The notes under the pieces were generated by a model that saw only the letters and a program-made list of their open reading frames with translations, made no database searches and had not been told where the DNA came from. Below are positions 25,428 to 35,100 of a stretch of DNA of 53,646 nt, in pieces. A program made the position numbers and the translations under genes. The stretch comes from Paraspadella gotoi (taxonomy: Eukaryota; Animalia; Chaetognatha). Position 1 is the first letter of the stretch. Each line of letters opens with the position of its first letter. The DNA lies in the NCBI GenBank assembly GCA_051294375.1, contig CM119268.1, forward strand, positions 740,324 through 793,969, in the 5' to 3' direction.

Positions 25428-27474
25428 GAAATCCGATCAAGAGACAAAAATCTCCAAAAATAAAAGAAAATAAAGCCCAGAAAGCGAAAGAAGAGAGAGA
25501 GAGAGAGGAGAGAGAGAGCTCAAACGAAACGCGAGAGAGCGAGTCAACTCACCCGCGGCGAAATCTACGATCTTCGTCCCCTCTTCCGGTTTGACCGTTT
25601 CCATGACGACGGCCGCCACGTTGGCGGGCGTTCGCCACCCGACGTCGTTCATGTCGGTTTCGTAGTCGGTCGCCCATTTTTCGTAAAGATCTAGAGTTTC
25701 TTCTTTAGTTTTTCCGTCGGCGACAGCAACTTGAAAGTTTGCCGACATGTCTTGTAAATCGTTGGGTCGAAGATTCGGAACTGAAGTAACCATGTGAGGG
25801 AGGGGAAAACGTGACGCTTTAGGACGGCGAGAAGGAAAAAAGCACTTCATAACGGATGTACCATGGGAAAAATATATGGTAGAATTGTACGTTGTAATTA
25901 TTCGGGCGCTATTTATTTGGGAGAAATTAAAATCAATATAAAACGATATGCGGCATCTCGAACAAAACCTCTTACGTTTATAAAATCGGCTAATAAGGAA
26001 AAATGATTTTTCCCTTGCGAAGTTCGTGACCGAGAGTAAGGCAAAGAGAAAAAGCCAGCGTTGGAACGAGCATCTCGGCGAGACCGGAAGCCAATACTGC
26101 AAACCCCGGAGAAAACGACCGATGTGATCCAAAATATTATTTTTTCTTTGAATATCTTTCAAAAATGTTTGTAATATTTATTTTTGGAGATATCCGGTTC
26201 ACTAATCATAATTGAATTCAAAACTGAATAAACTATGAAAGCAAACACGTTTAATAAAGTCTTGACGGGTCTAGTTAAGGGGTGAAACTTAGAGGTAAAT
26301 TTACCTGATTAAACTGAGCAAAGTGTTTCTGAAATTGGCCTAAGGTAAAGAAATGAATTTTTCTTAATTAAATAGGCAATTTCTGATCAAAATATTTGCT
26401 TATATTTTATTTAAAGATAAATAAAACAATATATTTTATTTATTGTTTTAAATTTCGTTATCAACTAATATTTTTTAATTGTTTTAATTACTATTTTAAG
26501 CCAAAAATACTTTCCCCAGATGGTATGAAATATGATTATCATAGTAGCATGGCATTAGTTCTGTAATCTACTGGCTACTACCAGAACCAGAACCAATAAA
26601 TTTATTAAGAAGATTAATTTATTGATATTAATTATTAATTCATTAATTAACAGAAGTAAAGAAATTAGTAATAAAATGAGGATGCATACATTTAAAGAGA
26701 TTTGCAATGTACGAATTCAGTTGTATCCTCGATATGACTGACAAGATTTAAAACCTCGTCAAAAGAATGATGTAACAATGTACCCAAGACCAAAGTCGCC
26801 CATAAATTATTTGTACTTATTAAAATGCGCAAGCTTACTAGAATTATTTGCAGAAATATGATATGGATTACTTCAATACCTCCCAAGGCTGATTATATTA
26901 AAAAAAATTCGAGCTCAATAATAGAAAGTTAAACTATCCTATGGATATAAATTTTCAAATATATTGTGTTTTTTTCTTTCGTTGTGTTTTTAGATTTGGA
27001 GAGAAAAAAAATTTTTTAACAACAATGACTTTTATTATGATTAAAACATACAATGTTTTGATGTTAATTTGCAATCTTTATCAGTCTATTTAAGTTTTGA
27101 TAATTATATTAATTTTTTGTTTCACAAGTAAACAGTGAGAAGGATGGAGGAAAGAGAGAGAGACAGAGAAATAAATGTTTCTTACAAAGAAATAAAAAAT
27201 AGACAGTGGTCAGTTTTGAGGATAGGGTAAGTTTGAGCAGAGAGAGAGAAGGTGGTGAGGAAAAGAAATAAAATTTGGCAGAGAGAGAGACAAAAGATGC
27301 AGAGGTCACAATTAGATTCAATACATTATACATCTTATACATTATTCATCTTTCTTTCTCTCTGCCAAATTTCAATTTTCTTTTCCTCACCACCTTCTTT
27401 CTTCTCTGCTCAAACTTACCCTATCCTCAAGCTGACCACTGTCATTTTTTTAATTCTTGTGGAAACATTATTCT

Positions 27475-27506
<32 letters not shown>

Positions 27507-29549
27507 CATCCCTTTCACTGTTTACTTATGAACAAAAAAATATGTACTATCAAAACTAAATTAGCACTGATAAAGACTTTGCAAATTTAAATCAAAACAT
27601 GTATGTTTAATCATAATAAAAAACATTGTTGTTAAATTTTTTTCTCTAAAAATCCAAAAAAGTTTCTTCTATTTTTTCTTCATTTAACAAAGATTTTTAA
27701 CTCAAAAATAAAAAATGCCATCTTTGAAAATTCTGAAAAATGTTTTATCTTAATTAAAAAACAAACTTTATAATGGACTCAAACCCCTGTCACCAAACTT
27801 GGTTAAATCTGAATAAATATTTTTAGCTATTAATTTTATTTTACAAAATTATTTTGTCTTTCATTGAAAAATATTTCTAAAATTATTTGGGCTAAAACCA
27901 ATTGAATTTCAATGTTGAGCAAATTAAAGTTTTTATATCTGATAAAGATTTTGTTTAAAAAATTAATACCGAAAAAATATCCTATTTTGTAATTTTTTTA
28001 ATTTAAATTTAATTTAATATTATTTGGTTTTAATTATTGAAAAAAATATTTCCCCTTTTAAATCTTAGCAAATTAGATCATAAGTTTGTCAGTTATATCT
28101 TAGTTTTAAAGCTCCTCTTCCTCAATTAAAAATTGCCTACTTTTATTTCAGTTAACTACTAGGTAAACACAAAAATTGTCTATTACCTATTAAGAAAAAA
28201 ATTTTGCCTAAGTTCACCCCTTAGTCTAGTCGTGTTACCCCCCAATTCCAAATCTTTTACAACTGCAATACTTCACAGACTTTATATCTTTAAAAAATTT
28301 ATAATTTTACTGTAATAATACATTTTTGTCAATCAACGTTTCATTAAACATATTTAAAATAGACACTTGAAAAGATATTCAAATAAAATAATGAACTTGT
28401 TGAAGTTGAAACTCCAGTAGTTATTTTTTTTTTCAGATTTGGAAATCTGTTCTTTGACGGACTCTTTGCTGCAGGACCATAAAGAAAAAAAAAACACAGA
28501 AAAAAAGTATTTCGGGCCGGCAAGAACTTTTTCGAGTCGATAAACGATCTTTTTAAAACGTACGAGGTTTTGTTCGAGACAAGTCACGATCAGGCAAAGA
28601 AAATGCCGGTAATATATATAATAACATAATAATAATACGACTTCTGTTTTATTTCAGATGAGATTTAGTTCTTCTATCTTATTTACTTATTGTAGTAGTT
28701 TAAATTATTTCTCATATCTACTGATACAGTTTTCATAGAAGTCTTATTTACTACACGGTTAATTTAGAAATACTTTTAATAGAGTTTAATAATAATTTTA
28801 GTTTTCAATTTAAAGTTCTCGAGTCACATGTGATCGTTCAATTTAGTCTAGAAGGCAGAAAAGTCCACGAAAGTCCCAGTATATAGTATATATATAGCAA
28901 AGAGAGAGAAGAGCTTTTATTAACGTTGCATTATTCTTGAACGTTATTTTTTTTATAGATTCTTTGTTATAACTTTTAAAAAATATTGTTTTTATTGATA
29001 CCGTTGCTGCAAAAAAAAATATTTTCAGGGTATTTAACTATTGTGTTAATATCGTTTTTGTTATTTTTGTTGATTGTTTGTTGATGATGATTGTACTGAA
29101 TCAACCTCGTTCTATTCAAATAAAATCGATATTATTAATAAAAAAAAAATAGGATTTCAGGGTCCGTCTGAGAAAAAAAATTATTTAAGAAAAAATATAT
29201 TATATATAATATATATATATATATGAGAGAGAGAGAGAAGAGAGAGAGAGAGACGATCAATAAAAAATCTTGAGCAGTTAAGAGGCGATAGTAGTTGACT
29301 AACGTGACTAACGTAGCATTCAATCAAGAACAGCGAAGTAACGTTAACAAGGTAGCCTATTTAGAAATAGAATGTAGTTATTTCAACATTTTTCGATAAA
29401 AAAAAATTTCGACGCCAAAGATGAAAGTTTTTTTTTTTCTGAAGAGGTCCAGAGTTTCCCAACGCACGAAAAAGGATTGATAACCCGAGAAAAATGCTTC
29501 GAGTTGAAACTAGTTTAATCCGATCTTTAAGGTTCAGTTGTGCTGAGAT

Positions 29550-29580
<31 letters not shown>

Positions 29581-30338
29581 GAGTTGGGATTTTTGTATTT
29601 TTTTTAATATTTATAAGTCAGAGAGTGAGAAAATGAGAGAGAAAGAGATGAGGAAATGTTAGTTTAAAACGTTTTATTTAATGATCGTTGTTCGGGTCCT
29701 GAAAGAGCCGGTCGGACTCTGCACCCGAGCACCTCCTCCTCATCATTCCTATTCCTCCTCCTCATCATTCCTCCTCCTCCTCTTCCCCCTCCTTTCCCGT
29801 CGATTAAGGGCCGAAGGCAAAGGTTTAACATTAGGTTCTTCACTCACTCTTCCTCTCTCCTTTCCCTTTACCAGCCCTCTCCCGAGATTACCTTTTTTGG
29901 CCTTTTCCGTTACTTTTTTAGTCGCCCGTCAGTTAGAGTGGCGCCCAATGTGGGGCTCGAACCCACGACCCCAGGATTAAGAGTCCTGTGCTCTTAAAAC
30001 TGTGTACTTAAAACTGTATACTTAAATCCGGGCAGCTCTGAATTTAATTCAATTAGTTCATTTAATTTAATAAAGTACCAAAATAGAATTGAGAAAATAA
30101 CAGTGCGAGGCTGAGGAGTATTTATCGAGGAGGACAAAGGGATGTTATCGAGGACAAAGGAATATTATCGAGGAGGACTAAGGGATATTATCGAGAATAC
30201 ATCAAACGTTTTAAATGAATACATTTTTGAAATCACCAATTTCACCAATCTCCTATTTGGTTTATTTTAAAGTTGATTTGAATGACCCTTTTTCCTAATG
30301 AAAGTCAAGAAAGAAAAAGAGAGGGAAATGCTGAAGAA

Positions 30339-30392
<54 letters not shown>

Positions 30393-32120
30393 CTCAACTC
30401 TCACTTACCCTCCCCTTAACCAAGGCGTCGTGGCGGTGGCGGCGGCGGAGAAACTTTCCTTCGCGGACAGAATCGATTCTTATTCTCGACTCATCATGAA
30501 TCCATCGCTGATTCTGGTTTGGAGTTTTACTGACCCGATTCACCCGCAGGTCTGGGGATCATGGGGGATTCGGGGGATCAGAGGGATTTGGGGATTCGGG
30601 GGATCAGAGGTGTTTGGGGATTCGGGGTATGAGGGGGATTTTTAGTTGCCAACTCGACCGTTTCAACTTCCCCAGTTGCTCCTCGAAGCCCCAGACGACA
30701 TCTTCTGTTTTCAATTTAATCCATCTGATCCGAATATCGTCGCCGGCGGCTGCATGAACGGGCAAGTCGTGGTTTGGGACATCGGTCCTTATGCGGACAG
30801 GCTCAAGTCCAGCAAGACTAGTAAGGTAAGAGAGAAGGAAAGAGAAAGAGAGAGAGAGAGAGAGAATTTTAATTTTAATATCTTCTCTCTCTTCTCTCTC
30901 TCTCTCTCTCTTTATTCCCCCCCCCCCCCAGAGCGGCGGCAGCCAAGGTGGCGGCGGCTCAAGCGGCGGCGCCAGCGGCAGCGGCGGCGGGTTCGAAGCC
31001 GACGCGGCAGAGCTGGAATGTCCTATGATTCGCTACGCAGCTGTGTCGGCGATCGAACAAAGTCATAAATCCTGCATCACTGATTTGTTGTGGCTGCCTG
31101 ACCATTTCGAGGTGAAGGGGTGGTTTTTTTTCGTTGTCCTCCTCCTGGTTGTCATTGTCTTTGTCTTTGTCATCATCGTTTTCGTTGTCCTCCTCCTGGT
31201 TGTCATTGTCATTGTCTTTGTCATCATCGTCGTCGTTGTCCTCCTCCTGGTTGTCATTGTCTTTGTCATCATCCTCGTCCTTGTCGTTCTCCTCTTTGTC
31301 ATCTTTGTCGCCCTCCTTGTTGTCATCATCGTCGTCGTTGTCGTCTTCATCGTCGTCGTCGTCTTCATCATCGTCGTCGTCATCATAGTCTTCTCCTTCG
31401 TCGTCTTCGTCCTCATCTTCCCTTCCTTTCTCTTCTCACCCTCAGGTCTCCCGCCTGGGAGTTCCGCTAGAGAACAAGAACCTCCTGTGCAGTCAGATCC
31501 TGACCTGCGCCTCTGATCAGGTGGTCCTGTTCTGGGACATCAGGCCGCCAGTGGAAAAGGCCAAGGGAGGCGGCGGTGGAGGGTCCATGGAAAGAGGCGG
31601 GACTACCGGTAATTTTGCGACCGCTACGCCTTCTTACAAAATTAATATACATAGGCGTTCAGGATAATAAATAATAATTTATTTATATGTCTTAATAAAT
31701 CATTTTCTGTCTTAATAAATCATTTTTCTGTCTAAATAAATCATTTTCTGTCTAAATAAATCAATTTCTGTCTTAATAAATCATTTTTCCTCCTGATTTT
31801 TTTTTTTTATTTTATATATTTATTTCATTAGCTAACATGGCCTCCCCCCCCCTAATTTATCTCCCACCTCCTCCTCTTTTAAAAAGTGGGAGGCACGATT
31901 ACCACCTCGTCCACCTCCATCACCACCTCTTCCGGTGGAGGCCACACCGGCTCATCCGCCCCAGATGCTTCCACGGGCGATTCCAATCCTGAAGGCTCGC
32001 CCGTCGTCGTCAACAAATTCAAACATCTTGATCTGACGTGGAAACCGTTGCTTAAGGTCACCCTGCCATGCTCCGACCCTGGCGGGGACTTTGCGCCCAC
32101 TAAATTTAGGTGAGAGAGAG

Positions 32121-32159
<39 letters not shown>

Positions 32160-35100
32160 AACATTGTCCTTTTGTCTTCAGCATCCAAGAAACGCAGGGC
32201 GATCGATCATCCTTAGAAGGAGCCAAGCATCACGAAGGGGAAGACGACGAGCTTGGTGATTCCTCCTACGTCAGCGGAAGAGTCAGCGCCTCAAACAAGC
32301 AAAGGATGCTTACCAAAGTGAGTTTAATACAAGGAATTATTTTCTTTAGATAAGCATACCAAACTGAGTTTAACCCATGCCTCGAAAAAGAAAAAAAAAA
32401 GTTTTCCTTAACAGAGAATGGTCACAACAGCATTGTCGCAATAAATCTCGATTAAAATGTCGCAGTATATTTGTAGTCGGGCATTGCAATAAGGTCACCC
32501 ACCTATAAGCAAGATACCTTCAGTCGTTTCCCGGTGGCTCATTGAGTAATACCATCAGCTCATGACCATCAGGTACAGGGATCGACCCCCAATGGTTCCT
32601 ACATCTAGTCTGCAGGAAGCGTGAGGACGGCCGTAAACCGCCTTGGGGGCCTGGAAAACCCTTAAGCCTAGTTCGAAGCCCGGAACCCGTTCTCTGGCTA
32701 CTTGAAGGGGTTAAAGAATTTGCGGATAGCACTCTTCAGCCCACCTCGCGCCTTATCTACATATTAACACTGCCACACCTCTAGCTTCATTCATCCCAAG
32801 TGTCACATTCCAGCCACAAACCTTACGATTTCCCTCTGCGTTGCCAAAGGGAGACCGTCCTAAGGTAACCGCGCCAGTGACAGGTGGCGTTACTTAGGGT
32901 AGGAAGCCCTTAAAGCTAATAGTAAGATGACCCGTCCCAATGGACAACACAGGCAAGACGACTGTTACCATCAAAACTGAATCAACTTAAAAGTTTCAAT
33001 TAATTAATTAATTAAGGTTTCAACGAAGTTTTATCTCGGAACTGAAGACGGCCATTTGGTCTACGTCGATTGGAAACCAGTCAAGGATAATGATACCGGG
33101 AAGATCTCCACTCCCAGGGCGACATTTTGGAATTCCTTCAGGTAAGAGATGTAGGCGAAAATCTTGCTTAAAAAAAAATTCAACATTTTTCTAATAGAGA
33201 TTCCGTTCGAATCTGACTGCCCCAACTTTACAAACGAGCCTGCAAGAAATTCCGGTAGAAAACAGTTGTAAAAACACCGCGATTCCGACAGCTTTGCATC
33301 TCAAGAGCTCGTTCCCTTTTTTCTTGTGGCATTTGATGAAATTTTACTATCAAACAAGCCAGGGGAAATGGACTACTCGTCTCCGGAGGATTTTCATACC
33401 TCATTTTTACTATAGAAATGAAAGGGAAATTTCACTTTTTTAAAAATTACAAACGAGATTAGGGTATGTTAGCATTATAAATGGTACTTTGAATGATGAG
33501 ATTCCAAAAGCCTTGTATCCCTAGAGCTCGTTCTATTTTTCTTTTTATTATTGACAAATTTTTTCATATTAAACCAACATGGTAAAGTGAATTGGTCCAG
33601 TTTTCATCGCGAAATTTTTATTTAAAAAGAAATTAAAAGGAAGGTTAGAGAAAAAAACTTATTTTTCCTAATATCTTTTGAAGGAACAAAGATAAAGGGA
33701 TGGCAATAGTACCAAAATGAAGCCATAATCATAGGCACATACAAGATACAATTTTAGAATTATTTTGGCTGAAATTCTTTACAGGGTGAGTGTCAAACTA
33801 AGTCAAAATTATAATTAATTTTAAAACTAATGACACCCCATAGAAATAAATAAAAATTAAATTCTTTTTAATGATTCTGAAAGAAAAAAAGCTAAATTGT
33901 ACTCTAGTAAAACTTAAAAGTTTTTGGATAAAGAAAATGTAAATTTTTTGTCACTTAATAATTGCTTGTCTGATTTTACAAGCATGCTTACAAAATTCTA
34001 CAAAATATTATTCACCCCATCGCAGTCTAAGTATTTATCTTTCTTTTCCACCAGCAAAAAGTAAACATTATCTTATTTTAGAGAACAGGGACGTTTACTG
34101 AAAGGAGCCAGAAGATGTTCAACTTCTTCACTTTAATGTCAGTTTTTAATAATAAAATAGGCCAATTTTTTTAATTACTCAACTTTCACAGCTTCACAAG
34201 ACATTAACACTTTCACAATATCCCAATGTTAATGTAATGTATTATATTTTTTTACCTAGAAATTATAAAAGAAATAGAAAGTTGTGGATTCCTTTCACTC
34301 AAAGGGAAAAAAAATTTACTAGCGGAATTATAAGTTTGTAAGAGGCAGTCAGAATCGGCGAAAATCTTATAAGGCAAACATGTTGAAAAAAAGGGGTGGA
34401 ATTTTGATGGGTTTCCTAAGATTTCTCCACAATGTAAGGTCCGATTAAAGCGAAACTTGAGATTTACAATATTCCCGTCATTCCACATCCATCGATATAA
34501 AAATATAAGAAAAAAGCCACTGGCTTCTTTTTCTATAGCGGCTTCCTATGAGATGGCACTAAATAGATCTCTACTCCGAGGGCGACATTTTGGAATGCCA
34601 TNNNNNNNNNNNNNNNNNNNNNNNNNNNNNNNNNNNNNNNNNNNNNNNNNNNNNNNNNNNNNNNNNNNNNNNNNNNNNNNNNNNNNNNNNNNNNNNNNNN
34701 NNNNNNNNNNNNNNNNNNNNNNNNNNNNNNNNNNNNNNNNNNNNNNNNNNNNNNNNNNNNNNNNNNNNNNNNNNNNNNNNNNNNNNNNNNNNNNNNNNNN
34801 NNNNNNNNNNNNNNNNNNNNNNNNNNNNNNNNNNNNNNNNNNNNNNNNNNNNNNNNNNNNNNNNNNNNNNNNNNNNNNNNNNNNNNNNNNNNNNNNNNNN
34901 NNNNNNNNNNNNNNNNNNNNNNNNNNNNNNNNNNNNNNNNNNNNNNCCATTCAGGTAATGAGATGGCACTGAATAGATCTCTACTCTGAGGGCGACATTT
35001 TGGAATGCCATTCAGCTAATGAGATGGCACTGAATAGATCTTCACTCCAGAAGACATTTTTATCCTCTCTCCCCTTTCCTCCCCTTCTCCTCATCCCCCT

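Noticed and set aside
25749-26162. Long N-terminal extension of METTL27 copy A
   Set aside because: Homology to copy B starts near Met 25748; upstream codons look like open UTR or promoter sequence.
29939-29956. LTR retrotransposon primer-binding site
   Set aside because: The match extends through anticodon and T arms well beyond 18 nt, and no LTR or gag/pol is visible.
32830-32925. HDV-like ribozyme in a repeat shared with about 23790-23880 (-)
   Set aside because: ACC-GTCCTAA-GGT resembles P3/L3, but I could not find the P2 partner strand or a consistent P1.1.
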